Shown here in pieces: positions 1-12,568 of a stretch of DNA of 64,000 bases. Every line of letters begins with the position of its first letter. Within the stretch, counting starts at the first letter, position 1. Origin of the DNA: Octopus bimaculoides (taxonomy: Eukaryota); NCBI RefSeq assembly GCF_001194135.2, contig NC_068982.1:13259958-13323957 (forward strand), written 5' to 3'. The position numbers and the translations under genes were made by a program. Under the pieces are notes generated by a model that was not told the origin of the DNA, ran no database searches, and saw nothing but the letters and a program-made list of their open reading frames with translations.

Positions 1-199
1 TATTTAACTACATCACTTTACACATGTTTCAGTGGAGATTATGGTTGACTTGGTATAAGTCTCTAAGGAAGGAATTATCTAATAAATGTACCTGGTTCAG
101 ATTGCATTACTCAGCCTCATTGAAATGCGTGTAAAATAATGTAACTAAATAATTTATAAAGTCAGAAATTTAAAGATGTTCAACTAGAAGCATTTGATA

Positions 200-815
200 A
201 AGATGAGGAAATAGAAATGACAACTGGAAGTTCCTACAGGACAACCTACTGAGGGACACAGATCAAATCTATGTAGGGTGCAAAGTCCTGGCCAAGTTGA
301 GGATGATATGTTAATGCAACATGGAAGTAGTCAGAGCTAAAAAGGCAAACAGACAAGGCCTGGAAGGATTGGTAAAATGAAGGTTATCAGAAATTTAAAA
401 CAAGAAGCTGGAAGTAAAGCTAGGCATCAAGTTTACATAGCAAAGGGTAAAGTAGAAAGTAAGAAACTAGTCAAAGTTCTACAGCATGAGGATCAGAGGT
501 ATGAGGTGTTCCAGATTGCAAGATAAGGGATCAGAGAAAATCGAGAAGTTCACAGGTGAGAAATGTGTGTGGAAGGATAATGGTACACCTGCACAAAGTC
601 GTTCTGAAAAGAAAGAGGCACGGAAGTACTAGTATGAAAGGTTACTAAGTGTGGAGAATGCATTGGGTAAAGAGGGTCTTCCTAGTGTTGATTCAATAGA
701 AGGGACAGCTTCCCTAGTTGACAACAATATGAGAGATAAAGCAATTAAGGATATAAAGGTGAGGAAAACCTCTGGTCCATTAAGAACTGCTACCAAATTG
801 CTTGAAATATCTTAG
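200..815 (+). mobile_element. Degenerate RTE-clade LINE fragment (endonuclease-to-RT linker region)
   Basis: Broken translation gives NWKFLQDNLLR..., EAWK..YERLLSVENA, KAIKDIKVRKTSGP, resembling the RTE pre-RT region (K.GKAPGP). Many stops and frameshifts. Confidence 0.65.
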
Positions 816-838
816 TCCTGCATATAGTTGATTAGAGT

Positions 839-1172
839 GAAGGCACATGGCTCAGTGGTTAGAGCATTGAGCTTACGGTCATGAGGTTGTGAGTTCAAAT
901 CCCAGACAGGGCTGCATGTTGTGTTCTTGAGCAAGACACTTTATTTCATGTTGATCCAGTTCACTCAGCTGTAGAAATGAGTTGCGACATCACAGGTGCC
1001 AAGCTGTACTGGCCCTTGCCTTTCCCTTGGATAACACTGGTGGCATGGAGAGGAGAGGCTGGTATGCATGGGCGACTGCTGGTCTTCCATAAACAACCTT
1101 GCCCGGACCTGTGCCTGGGAGGGTAACTCTCTAGGTGCAATCCTATTGTCAGTCATGACCAAAGGGGGTTTC
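839..1172 (+). mobile_element. tRNA-headed SINE (family D)
   Basis: A box TGGCTCAGTGG and B box GAGTTCAAATCC, followed by a GTGTTCTTGAGCAAGACACTT body. Confidence 0.7.
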
Positions 1173-1192
1173 ATATATATATATATATATAA

Positions 1193-1500
1193 ATAATGGA
1201 CTCTCCTGTCATAAGACGACGTATGAGGGTTTGACAATTTCTTACTGAACAACCACACAGATGATTTGTTTATAGTGATCAAATGTTTGTAGAGACATAA
1301 GCTCACTCCTCCTATCAAATTGACATTACCTGTACAGGTGCAACTGGGTGCCACATATCAGATGTCGAAATGATCGCAGAGAAATGTGAAATGAAGTGCT
1401 TTGCTCAAGAACACATCGCAACGCAATGCACGGTCTGAGAATCGAACCCACAATCTCGCAATTGTGAGTGCAACAACCTAACCACTAAGCCATGCGCTTT
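1193..1500 (-). mobile_element. tRNA-headed SINE
   Basis: Minus strand starts GCGCATGGCTTAGTGG...GGGTTCGATTCTC (A/B boxes), then TGTTCTTGAGCAAAGCACTT. Confidence 0.6.
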
Positions 1501-1519
1501 CACATAGACATATATGTAT

Positions 1520-2020
1520 CATCATCATCATCATCTTTAACGTCCGCTTTCCATGCTAGCATGAGTTGGATGATTTGACTGAGGACTGGTGAACCAGATG
1601 GCTGCACCAGGCTCCAATCTGATTTGGCAGAGTTTATACAGCTGGATGCCCTTCCTAACGCNNNNNNNNNNCAATCTGATTTGGCAGAGTTTATACAGCT
1701 GGATGCCCTTCCTAACGCCAAGCACTCCGAGAGTGTAGTGAGTACTTTTACGTGCCACCGGCACGAAAGCCAGTCAGGAGGTACTGGCAACGGCCACACT
1801 TGAAATGGTGTATTTAACGTGCCATCTGCACAGGAGCCAGTCCATTGGCACTGGCAACGACCTCGCTCGAATGTCTTTTCACGTGCCAGGAAGGTGACGC
1901 TGGTAATGATCACACTCAAATGGGGCTATTTACATGCCACTGGCACGGAAGCCAGACAGCTGTTCTGGCAGTGATCTCGCTCGGACGGTGCTCTTAGCGC
2001 TCCACTGGTACAGGTGCCAG
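1520..2020 (-). mobile_element. Family B retroposon with (GAT)n tail
   Basis: Plus strand reads (CAT)n-TTTAACGTCCGCTTTCCATGC...GGATGCCCTTCCTAACGCC, a motif recurring more than 12 times in the window. A short duplication flanks the 10-N gap. Confidence 0.8.
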
Positions 2021-2162
2021 GCTTCTGTGCAATAGTTTGCATCAATCAAATTCTGCTGAGAGAATACACTTATCCAAGATATTGTAAAGAAGGATTGTCT
2101 TGGAACCACATGATTGTGAAACAAACTTCTTAACTACACAGTTACACCTTCATCTATATCAC

Positions 2163-2194
<32 letters not shown>

Positions 2195-2579
2195 TTTACA
2201 TATATATAGAAAGAGAGAGAGAGAGACAGATTTACATACATACATCCATATATTTAAGTAGTTAAGTATATACATACATGCATACAAAGATACATACATA
2301 TGTGTGTGTTTGTGCATATATGTGTGTATATAATATTATATTTGATATGCTATTCTTCTTTCCATCATAGTTAAGCAACTCCTTCAATAACAGAACTAAT
2401 TCTGTATGTCATAAAAAAAATACAAAAATGATGGTAGCAACCAAATATTACCCAAAATAAAACAAACCAACCAACATAAAATCTTCGATATTTTCAAATA
2501 AACAAGACAAGCGTGATCAACATTCATATTATAGTAAACCTGATTATTATACATTTCTGTTATTAGGCATTTGTTTCAG

Positions 2580-2870
2580 CTACACACAATCTGTTTTACC
2601 GATCATATTTATATTCAATAAAAATTCTCCTTGACCTTCCAAACATAGCTTTGTGCAGTCTCTGCTTAAATAAACAGAATATAGAATATTCTTTTTTGTG
2701 CTTTCACAGGTGATTGCAGCCTGTTTAGGAACTGTTGTATCATTATTGTTCTCACCAGCATCGTCGGTTTTAACATCTACTTTCCCATGATTGCATAGAT
2801 CAGACGAAACTTCACCGAGGCAGAATTCGCTATCAATAGATAAGATATCGTTTCTGGTGCCGACCTGCAC
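2580..2870 (-). CDS. Candidate terminal coding exon, unknown product
   Basis: 96-codon stop-free frame in unique sequence, preceded by CAG and followed by T-rich 3'UTR-like sequence. Weak pyrimidine tract, no recognisable domain. Confidence 0.2.
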   Translation of the reverse strand: MQVGTRNDILSIDSEFCLGEVSSDLCNHGKVDVKTDDAGENNNDTTVPKQAAITCESTKKNILYSVYLSRDCTKLCLEGQGEFLLNINMIGKTDCV

Positions 2871-3010
2871 CTGTTTCTAAGCAGTTCTTTGCAAAGCGAA
2901 CAGCCTTACACATGTTCACATGGACAGCTGCGAAGGAATGATATCATTTGTATGAATGGTGAGGCTTTTTATCATTTGTTTGTTCTCTCTTATGTGATTC
3001 AAGTCATCAG

Positions 3011-3630
3011 ACTGTGGCCAAGCTGGAGCACCACCTTGAAAAGATTTTAGTGGAATGAATGTGGTTTGAAGGCATGTAAATAAAATTTGTGGCCATGCTG
3101 GGGCACCACCTTGATAAGTTTTTAGTCAAATGAATGTGGTTTGAAGGCATGTAAATAAAATGTGTGGCCNNNNNNNNNNNNNNNNNNNNNNNNNNNNNNN
3201 NNNNNNNNNNNNNNNNNNNNNNNNNNNNNNNNNNNNNNNNNNNNNNNNNNNNNNNNNNNNNNNNNNNNNNNNNNNNNNNNNNNNNNNNNNNNNNNNNNNN
3301 NNNNNNNNNNNNNNNNNNNNNNNNNNNNNNNNNNNNNNNNNNNNNNNNNNNNNNNNNNNNNNNNNNNNNNNNNNNNNNNNNNNNNNNNNNNNNNNNNNNN
3401 NNNNNNNNNNNNNNNNNNNNNNNNCTTGAAAAGATTTTAGTGGAATGAATGTGGTTTGAAGGCATGTAAATAAAATGTGTGGCCATGCTGGGGCACCACC
3501 TTGATAAGTTTTTAGTGGAATGAATGTGGTTTGAAGGCATGTAAATAAAATTTGTGGCCATGCTGGGGCACCACCTTGAAAAGTTTTTAGTGGAATGAAT
3601 GTGGTTTGAAGGCATGTGAATAAAATTGTT
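3011..3630. repeat. 75-bp minisatellite derived from SINE A 3' segment
   Basis: GTGGCC anchors at 3014, 3089, 3164, 3479 and 3554 (75-bp spacing on each side of the gap). Confidence 0.9.
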
Positions 3631-3829
3631 CTTATCTCGACTTGCAATCAGGTACCGCCAGCAGATTGATTAATTCTTCACCCATGTTCACACAACCTCT
3701 CTCTGTTGGCCACTGGCATCTGTCTCTCTTCGTATCCCCAGGAAAAGCCAAAGGCGGAGAAAAACTTTTCTTCTCCTTCGCTGACGTGTCATCATCTCTC
3801 ATCACTTCCACTCTTCCCCCCACCATAAA

Positions 3830-4170
3830 GAATCAACCCCTGGGCTTTTTTAAAGCCTGGTACTTTGTCTGTTGGTCACCTTTGCTGAACCACTAAGTTA
3901 TGGACATGTAAACACCCCAATACTGGTTGCTGAGCAGTAGTGGGAGACAAACACAGACACAAAGACACGTGCACGTGGGTATATATAAATATAGATGTAT
4001 AAATACATTGGACTTCTTTCCATCTGCATCTACTAATTCCCATTCACAACACTCTGGTCAGCCTGAAGCTATAGTAGAAGACACTTGCCCAAGGCGACGC
4101 ACGGTAAGATTGAACCTAGAACCATGTCATTGAAAAGCAAACATTTTACCACACAGACACACGTGTGCTT
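3830..4170 (-). mobile_element. SINE family A (degenerate)
   Basis: Matches other A copies: CCACTAAGTTA, GACAAACACAGACAC, TAGAAGACACTTGCCCAAGG. Confidence 0.75.
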
Positions 4171-4265
4171 ATGTCTACATTCAATGTGCAAATGTAGAGA
4201 CAAAGGGGACATTTAAATGTAATCAACCTGCACACCACATGCACACATCAACATCATCATCATCA

Positions 4266-4745
4266 TCACCAATGCTTTCGTTCCCAACCTGGCTGTAACC
4301 AGCCAAAAGGTGTTTTTGGGTTCAAACAACCAGCCCAGCCAGAGCTGGCTGAGCGAATCCATTGATATCTAAATATGAATTTCAGCACAAATCTCATTAG
4401 TACATTTGTGAAAACAGGTGATTTCACTTTGTATGTAGTTGAGTTACAATATCTGGCCTTGTTTGATGTGATATCAGAGTTGTGCGAATTTTGGGGAATT
4501 TTTTCCCCACATTTTTCCTTCAACGATATTTTTCCAACTTTTATAATGGATAACAGTTTCATGCTACCAAGCTGTGATTCTGAATTTGAGAGCTTTACAA
4601 TAGAAGATATGGAGAAATCAAGCAAATGTAAGCTCGTAAGCTTGTTTGAAGCGATCACTATGGAAACAGTATTACGCAGAAAGTAAACAAACCAACAAAA
4701 AAGATAGCTTGAGGTGTACATGTATTTACCTGTAATTAAAGTCAC
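4266..4745. other. Unique segment with overlapping open frames on both strands (103 aa +, 159 aa -)
   Basis: ORF track. Minus-strand acceptor-like TTTAATTACAG near 4731. No recognisable domain. Confidence 0.15.
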
Positions 4746-5235
4746 TTTGAGACAAAGTTATGCAATAGAATTGATTAAGAAGCTTTTCCTCAATTGTGTT
4801 ACAAAAATCACAATATTTTGATAAATAAGATAGCTACAGCTGTTTAATGAAACCAGTCTAAATTCATGATGGCTTTAATATTTAATTGAAACTCATACTT
4901 AGAAATATAGTAACAATGACCTATGTTTGTATGGGGTGGATGCCTTTCCTGTTACCAACACTTGCCTGCTTCCACGTTAGATGATACTTCCATGTAGAAG
5001 ATTGAAAATGAAGAAATGCACTTGCATGATTGAGATACTCCTTCACAGCTTTCTTTACCACGTCAAGAATACAGCAATCATGGCTGTGTGGTAAGAAGCT
5101 TGCTTCTGAACCACATGGTTCCGGGTTCAGTCCCACTATATGCCACCTTGGGGAAGTGTCCTCCACTACAGCTTCAGGGCGATGTATGTGTGTGTGTGTG
5201 TATATATATATATAGACAAAAGCCAAAAGCCCATC

Positions 5236-5278
<43 letters not shown>

Positions 5279-6148
5279 CATATATAAAAATATATACATA
5301 CATATCATCATCATCATCGTTTAACGTCCACTTTCCATGCTGGCATGGGTTGGACGATTTGACTGGGGACACACAAATAGACACACAAATACACTCACAC
5401 ACACACACATACACACATACACATACACACACACACGCACACACACGTGCGCATACACACNNNNNNNNNNNNNNNNNNNNNNNNNNNNNNNNNNNNNNNN
5501 NNNNNNNNNNNNNNNNNNNNNNNNNNNNNNNNNNNNNNNNNNNNNNNNNNNNNNNNNNNNNNNNNNNNNNNNNNNNNNNNNNNNNNNNNNNNNNNNNNNN
5601 NNNNNNNNNNNNNNNNNNNNNNNNNNNNNNNNNNNNNNNNNNNNNNNNNNNNNNNNNNNNNNNNNNNNNNNNNNNNNNNNNNNNNNNNNNNNNNNNNNNN
5701 NNNNNNNNNNNNNNNNNNNNNNNNNNNNNNNNNNNNNNNNNNNNNNNNNNNNNNNNNNNNNNNNNNNNNNNNNNNNNNNNNNNNNNNNNNNNNNNNNNNN
5801 NNNNNNNNNNNNNNNNNNNNNNNNNNNNNNNNNNNNNNNNNNNNNNNNNNNNNNNNNNNNNNNNNNNNNNNNNNNNNNNNATATATATATATATATATAT
5901 ATAGGTTATGAGAGGTAATGGTGTCAGTAAGACCCAAGACCCAAAGGGGTCAGGTAATTCTGAGTAAGTGCTATGGATAGAGCACAGTTTAGCTCTAGAT
6001 ACGGTGATTATGTGAATAAGGAGTCCAATGTAGGTCATATATCAGCATGTGTATATATAAAAAATTTTTTTCAGAATGTGATAAATAACAAAGGCTGTGA
6101 AGATTTTAGAACATTTATAAATAGAAGGTCTTACAGCTGCTTCCAGGA

Positions 6149-6198
<50 letters not shown>

Positions 6199-6319
6199 CT
6201 AAGTAAAATCATTACTAACCATACATATAAGCATGTTTGTTATGTGTATGCCACCTCTGCACTCCCTCTCTCTCTTGACTGAGAGGTACTTTGTATTGAG
6301 AGCTTGTGGATACTGATGC

Positions 6320-6760
6320 CACATAAAAAAGCACCCATGTTGGTGCCTTGTAAAAAGCACCTGTGCAGGTGTCACATATAAAGCACCCATGCCAGGGCCA
6401 CGTATGAAGCAATGGTGCCGGCACCTCCTAAAAGCACCCAGTATACACTGTAAAGTGGAAGGACATCAAGCTGTAGAAACCAAGCGAAAACAGACAGTTG
6501 GAGTCTAGTGCAGTCCTCTGGCTGGCTAGCTCCTGTCAAGCCATCCAACCCATGCCAGCATGGAAAATAGATATCAAATGATGATGATGATGATATATGT
6601 ATATATAGGTGCAGGTGTAGCTATGTGGTAAGAAGTTTGCTTTCCAGCCACATGGTTCTGGGTTCAGTCCCACTGCGTAGCACCTAACCTTAAGTGTCTT
6701 CTGCTATAGCCTCGGGCTAACCAAAGCTTCGTGAGTGGATTTGATGTATGTATATATATA
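6320..6760 (+). mobile_element. Family B copy followed by SINE A 5' part
   Basis: ...CCAACCCATGCCAGCATGGAAA...(GAT)n, then AGGTGCAGGTGTAGCTATGTGGTAAG...GGTTCAGTCCCACTG. Confidence 0.75.
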
Positions 6761-6826
6761 AATATATTTATATATATGTATATATATTTATATATATTTA
6801 TAAAAATGTATATACACATATATGTA

Positions 6827-6873
<47 letters not shown>

Positions 6874-7292
6874 CCCAAAAAACAGAATAAGAAGGTAATG
6901 GACGATAATAAAAGCATACGGTACAAAGGTTGTTGGACAAAGAAATCATTGGACAAAAAGATGTCGGATGAAAAGATGTGGATGAAGTGACATTGGGTGA
7001 AGTGATGCCGGCCGAAAAGACATAGCACCCTGCCATATCAGATTGGAGCCTGGTGTAGCCATCCGGTTTCACCAGTCTTCAGTCAAATCGTCCAACCCAT
7101 GCTAGCATGGAAAGCGGACGTTAAACGATGATGATGATGTAATAATTCTCTTGTTCATTCATTCCCTCAGACGATATAATCTGGTGGCGCAACTGACCAA
7201 ATGAGTCCTAACACAATATCTAAATAGATCAAACACTTATGGCTTCCACTTGATATCTGCTGCACACTTTAAGACAATAAATCTTAATTTTG

Positions 7293-7688
7293 TTCTTTTA
7301 TTCTTTTATTCGTTTATATGTTTCATTTGACTGCAGCCATGCTGGAGCACTGCCTTTAGTCGAACAAATCGACCCCAGGACTTATTCTTTGTAAGCCTAG
7401 TACTTATTCTATCAGTCTCTTTTTGCTGAACCATTAAGTGACGGCGACATAAACACACCAACATTGGTTTTGAAGTGATGGAAGGGGGACACACACACAC
7501 AGATGCACAAACATATACAAACACACACATACATATACATATATATGATGGATTTTGGTCACTCACAAGGCTTTGGTCAGCCTAAGGCTATAGTAGAAGA
7601 CACTTGCCCAAGTTTCACACAGTGGGACTGAACCCCAAACCATGTGGTTGGTAAGCAAGCTACTTACCAGACAGCCATTCCTGTGCCT
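7293..7688 (-). mobile_element. SINE family A, full length
   Basis: (CTTTTA)n tail, body, internal (CA)/(TA) microsatellite and tRNA-like head, colinear with 52459-52886. Confidence 0.85.
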
Positions 7689-8124
7689 TTTGAAAGTTTA
7701 ACAAATTTAAACAATGAAGCTGAGAACATATTTTATTGATGTATAGTAAATTATTGCAAATGTCCTATGAAAGTAGTCAAATCAAGTGAGGACATATGGG
7801 TATAATCTGTTGATTCTATCCTTCAGAGCCATAAAGTTGTAAGGGAAAATATGCTAGAAGGCTTACAGTGATGTATTTGTGATGTATTCTACCTTAGACA
7901 ACTAATGTAAGTTTTAAAGCCAGATGTAAACAATTTTATACTTCAATTAATCATAACGCTCTCTTGTTTATAGAAATTAAATGTTATGAAAAATATTTGA
8001 AAAATATACATGTAATTGTATATCTTTAATCTGTGGGATGGAGAGTGTTGTCTTATGTAATGATTCAAGACGTTATCAAATAGAGTTATACACCATTTTC
8101 AAACTGAATTATAAATCAATGTTA

Positions 8125-8346
8125 TATGAGGGGGTGCTGAAAATTTCCTGGTTTTGAAGGTACCATGAAAGGCCTGGTTGGAGGTCCAACCTTCCAAGTT
8201 CTTTTACAGGGGTTAGAAAAACTGAAGGATTGCTGCAGTAAGTGTGTGAACCTGAGAGGGGAATATGATGAATAAAACCATAATTAACTGATCTTCCTGT
8301 ATTTTCTTCTGCCCAAAACCAGGAACTTTCAGTATCCCCACCCATA
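8125..8346 (+). mobile_element. Internally deleted mariner (MITE-like)
   Basis: About 30-bp imperfect TIRs (TA-TGAGGGGGTGCTGAAAATTTCCTGGTTTTG / CAAAACCAGGAACTTTCAGTATCCCCACCCA-TA). Internal GLEKLKDCCSKCVNLRGEYDE* matches a mariner transposase C-terminus. Confidence 0.75.
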
Positions 8347-8529
8347 TATGCACGCACACACACACACACGTTCCTGTGTAAGTTTGTATTTAAGTATGTA
8401 TATGTTGATATGGATATAGATAGGTGGATGGACAGATGGACAGATGGACAGACAGATGGATGGATGGATGGATGGATGGATGGACAAATGGATGGACAGA
8501 TGGATTGATGGATGCATGTACCCATGTAT

Positions 8530-8800
8530 GCTGTGTAAAGAGATAAGATGGAAATTAGCCTCAGCCAGGATCTGGACAATCAAGGAACACAGATACAAAT
8601 TATTCTGTATGAGTAACAATATTGGGCAGAGAGAATAAAATGGAGTAGATATACTAATAGCTGGGAAATAAAAAGATAAGGTAACTGAAGGAGTTTGAAT
8701 ATACGGCAGAATAATTAAGCTTAGACTTACAACATAACAGCAATAGTGGACTTGGCATAGGCCCAGATGCATAGGGATTTCAGTCAAGACTGATTGATGA
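8530..8800 (+). mobile_element. RTE-clade LINE APE endonuclease fragment
   Basis: [23 protein letters not shown]...NGVDILIAGK*KDKV...RIIKLRL resembles the QE.RW.G...GVGIL..KW..KV..V.R endonuclease motifs. Confidence 0.7.
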
Positions 8801-9066
8801 CACAAAAAAGACTGTTTCTATGAAGTCCCCTTGCAGACTATCTTTCAACTAATGTTTAATTGTTTCACATATGTTTGTGTGTCTGTGTTTGTCACCCCAC
8901 CATCACTTGACAACCGATGTTTGTGTGCTTATGTTCCCAAAGCTTAGTGGTTCAGCAAAAGAGACTGATAGAATAAGTCCCGGGGTTGATTTGGTCAACT
9001 AAAGGTTGTGCTCCAACATGGCCACAGTATAATGACTGAAACAAGTAAAAGAATAAAAAATTAATA

Positions 9067-9107
<41 letters not shown>

Positions 9108-10149
9108 ATAAATATAATACATACATATAATACATACACACACACATATATATGCATACATATACATACACATACATATACACATACACACACTCACACA
9201 CACACACATATATATATAATTACACACATATTCTGTCATTAAACGTCCCTCCACTCAATGTTATTATATAATAGAATATGTTTACATTAAACTTCTCTCT
9301 TAGGTTACCCTCGCACACTTTATAGTCATCATGACCATATCTTCATCCCAGAATATGTTTTTCTTTTTTCTCTCTCTGTGTTTTCTCAATACAGCAGTTT
9401 GTATCATGACAACTGCAAAAGGACAATTTCCTATAAAATGACACGACCTTCTTCTGACTGGATGAGGGAGATTAGAGTTGTTAAGTCAGAGCTTTAAGTA
9501 CTGGGGGAGAAGGAGTTTCACGGAATGGCAACTATTTTTGAAATTACAAATGGCATGCAAAGTTTTATGTGGGCTTTAGGTGAATTTACTGTAGGTGGTC
9601 ACCAAAAGAAAATAAAAGGTATATGTGACTGGCAGATTAGATAGGGTCAAGGGCAACAGAGAAAATTCTGCAAAGCAGAATTGATAATCATAGAAATAGC
9701 TAATGTTGTAAAAGAATATAGGAAAAAATACTCAACAGACTAAACAGTTTTCAATAATAGTGGATTTAATACTGAAGTGGGTAACTTTCTTCTAAACAGC
9801 ATTTAGTGAATAAAGCAGAGGTCAATGCCATGGGAATATAACAGCTGAGAGCAGTAATTACATACAGCGTAAATATTTGAACCTTCTTTAAGTTAATTAG
9901 CTAATTAGAACAGAGTTGGCTTTTTAACAGGAACAAATTGTTGAAAGGATGCTGGTCTTCGTGAAGACATGAGAAAAGATGAGAAAGAAGTGGAGACAAA
10001 ATGTTGAATGAGAAAAAGCAAAACATAAAAATAATAAAATAAACAACCATGTTGTGTATATGGACCTGAAGGATAACTTGGAAGCACAAGGCATATGTAA
10101 ATCTACCAGTTTATTCTGTTACTGTAGCATGAAAGTAATAGTTGATATT

Positions 10150-10340
10150 TTAGTGTGTATATTAAATGAGCCACTAAACCTTTTTCTATTTTCTCTCCCT
10201 GTTTATTTCTGTGTTCCTTTCTGTTGAAGAGCATAGGCTCAAAGCATAAAAGACTTTCTCACTTCCTGAGCATTAAGCTAATACATCTGTGTGTTGTCTA
10301 CGCACCCGTCTTTGTCTTTTGTTTTTTTGTAAATTCTTAC
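10150..10340 (+). mobile_element. Short Penelope-like repeat with decayed HHR-like motif
   Basis: Contains CTTT-CTGTTGA-A-GAGC-ATAG-GCTC-AAAGC-ATA-AAAG at 10217-10252. Confidence 0.45.
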
Positions 10341-10365
10341 TATATATATTGTATATGTACATATG

Positions 10366-10416
<51 letters not shown>

Positions 10417-10418
10417 GC

Positions 10419-10462
<44 letters not shown>

Positions 10463-11097
10463 NNNNNNNNNNNNNNNNNNNNNNNNNNNNNNNNNNNNNN
10501 NNNNNNNNNNNNNNNNNNNNNNNNNNNNNNNNNNNNNNNNNNNNNNNNNNNNNNNNNNNNNNNNNNNNNNNNNNNNNNNNNNNNNNNNNNNNNNNNNNNN
10601 NNNNNNNNNNNNNNNNNNNNNNNNNNNNNNNNNNNNNNNNNNNNNNNNNNNNNNNNNNNNNNNNNNNNNNNNNNNNNNNNNNNNNNNNNNNNNNNNNNNN
10701 NNNNNNNNNNNNNNNNNNNNNNNNNNNNNNNNNNNNNNNNNNNNNNNNNNNNNNNNNNNNNNNNNNNNNNNNNNNNNNNNNNNNNNNNNNNNNNNNNNNN
10801 NNNNNNNNNNNNNNNNNNNNNNNNNNNNNNNNNNNNNNNNNNNNNNNNNNNNNNNNNNNNNNNNNNNNNNNNNNNNNNNNNNNNNNNNNNNNNNNNNNNN
10901 NNNNNNNNNNNNNNNNNNNNNNNNNNNNNNNNNNNNNNNNNNNNNNNNNNNNNNNNNNNNNNNNNNNNNNNNNNNNNNNNNNNNNNNNNNNNNNNNNNNN
11001 NNNNNNNNNNNNNNNNNNNNNNNNATATATATGTCTGTTATCTTTTACTGGTTTCAGCCCAAGGCTGAGGTCACACTGGTGCATCACCTGTAGTTAC

Positions 11098-11330
11098 TCA
11101 GTGTTGTTTCCAGTATTGCTTTTGGTGAAGTAGCGAGTTGGACGGAGCTGCTCTTTGCATTTCCTGTTGCGATGTAAGTTCATCTGGTATATTAGATAGA
11201 AACCTGTCCAGCCTTTCCTTGAAAACTTCCACATCAACACTATGTAGATCTTCAAGGTTGCCTGGAAGGATGCTGAACAATTGCAGACCATTTTTCAAAC
11301 CAAACCTCCCAATCTCGTCCTCCACCTATC
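11098..11330 (-). mobile_element. CR1-group LINE 3' end
   Basis: GLQLFSILPGNLEDLHSVDVEVFKERLDRFLSNIPD...RAAPSNSL is typical of the C-terminal LFN.LP...FK..LD..L and RAA.SNSL motifs. Confidence 0.75.
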
Positions 11331-11484
11331 CCCGCCACCTTTTCCTTGGTCTACCTCGCTTTTGCGCTCCATCTACCTCAAACGCAATCACCCTCCTCTG
11401 AACATGCTCTTCATCCCTCTTCAACTTTTGTTCATACCACCTCACTCCATTCGCCCTTGCCAACCATTCCCATCAATGGAATGG

Positions 11485-11760
11485 TTCATCATCATCATCA
11501 TCGTTTAACCTCCGTTTTTAATGCTGGCATGGGTTGGATGGTTCGACTGGGGTCTGGGAAGCCATGACGCTGCACCAGGCTCCAATGTGATCTGGCAAAG
11601 TTTCTACAGCTGGATACCCTTCCTAAAGCCAACCATTCCAAGAGTGTAGTGGGTGGTTTCTACGTGGCACCAGTACGGGAGCCAGTCAAGGCAGCACTGT
11701 CATGAGCCATGTCCAGATGGTGCTTTTTACATGCCACTAGCACAGGAGACAGTCGGGGCA
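11485..11760 (-). mobile_element. Family B retroposon
   Basis: (CAT)n-CGTTTAAC...GGATACCCTTCCTAAAGCCAACC. Confidence 0.8.
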
Positions 11761-12147
11761 TTGTATATGTATAATTCTATTTCATATGTTACGTCTGTCC
11801 GAGAGTCGAGGACCCTTTCTGTAGTTTGTATATTTGTTTCCTTATATGTACATTCGTTTGCCTTTCCCAGAGGCTTAATGCTTTTAGCTTAAGTCCCTGG
11901 CCCATCCGGTTTCGAGTAATATCGGAGAGAAATGGATGTAACTACTTAGACATTCCAGACTCCAACTGAAGAGGCAATTCACTACGAATAATCCATGTAT
12001 CTTGGTTTGTCCTGCAGCCATTGTCATGCTATCATCCATTTTTTTTGCATGTTGTGTTTTTTTTTTGTTCTACCTTTGATTTATATATGTCATCATCATC
12101 CTCATGTAATAAAAAAAGACAACACAGCAGAAGTTTTGACAAATGTA

Positions 12148-12548
12148 TTCTTTTATTCTTTTACTTGTTTCAGTCATTTGACTGCGGCTATGCTGGAGCA
12201 CTGACTTTAGTCGAACAAATCTACCCCAGGACTTATTCTTTGTAAGCCTAGCACTTATTCTAATGCTCACTTTTGCCAAACCACTAAGTTACGGGGACAT
12301 AAACACACCAATATTAGTTGTCAAGTGATGGTGGGGTGGGACAAACACAGACACACACACACATACATTTATATATATGTATGTATATATGATGAGCTTC
12401 TTCCAGTTTCTGTCTAACAAATCCACTCACAAGGATTTGGTCAGCCCAAGGCTATAGCAGAAGACATTTGCTCAAGGTGTTACACAATGGGACTGAACCT
12501 GGAACTATGTGTTTGGGAAGCAAGCTACTTACCACACAGCCACTCCTT
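12148..12548 (-). mobile_element. SINE family A, full length
   Basis: Colinear with other A copies. Confidence 0.85.
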
Positions 12549-12568
12549 TGTTTAGCACTTAAAAAAAA

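Noticed and set aside
1621-1720. Short direct duplications around 10-N gaps (also 15468 and 32876)
   Set aside because: Typical scaffolding overlap or haplotype artefacts.
3011-3630. CRISPR-like regular repeats (also 33061-33430)
   Set aside because: Head-to-tail units with no unique spacers, no cas genes, and a eukaryotic context.
9440-10100. Purine-rich segment resembling an old LINE (also 22160-22340, 39000-39340, 61050-61350)
   Set aside because: No motif could be identified with confidence by eye.
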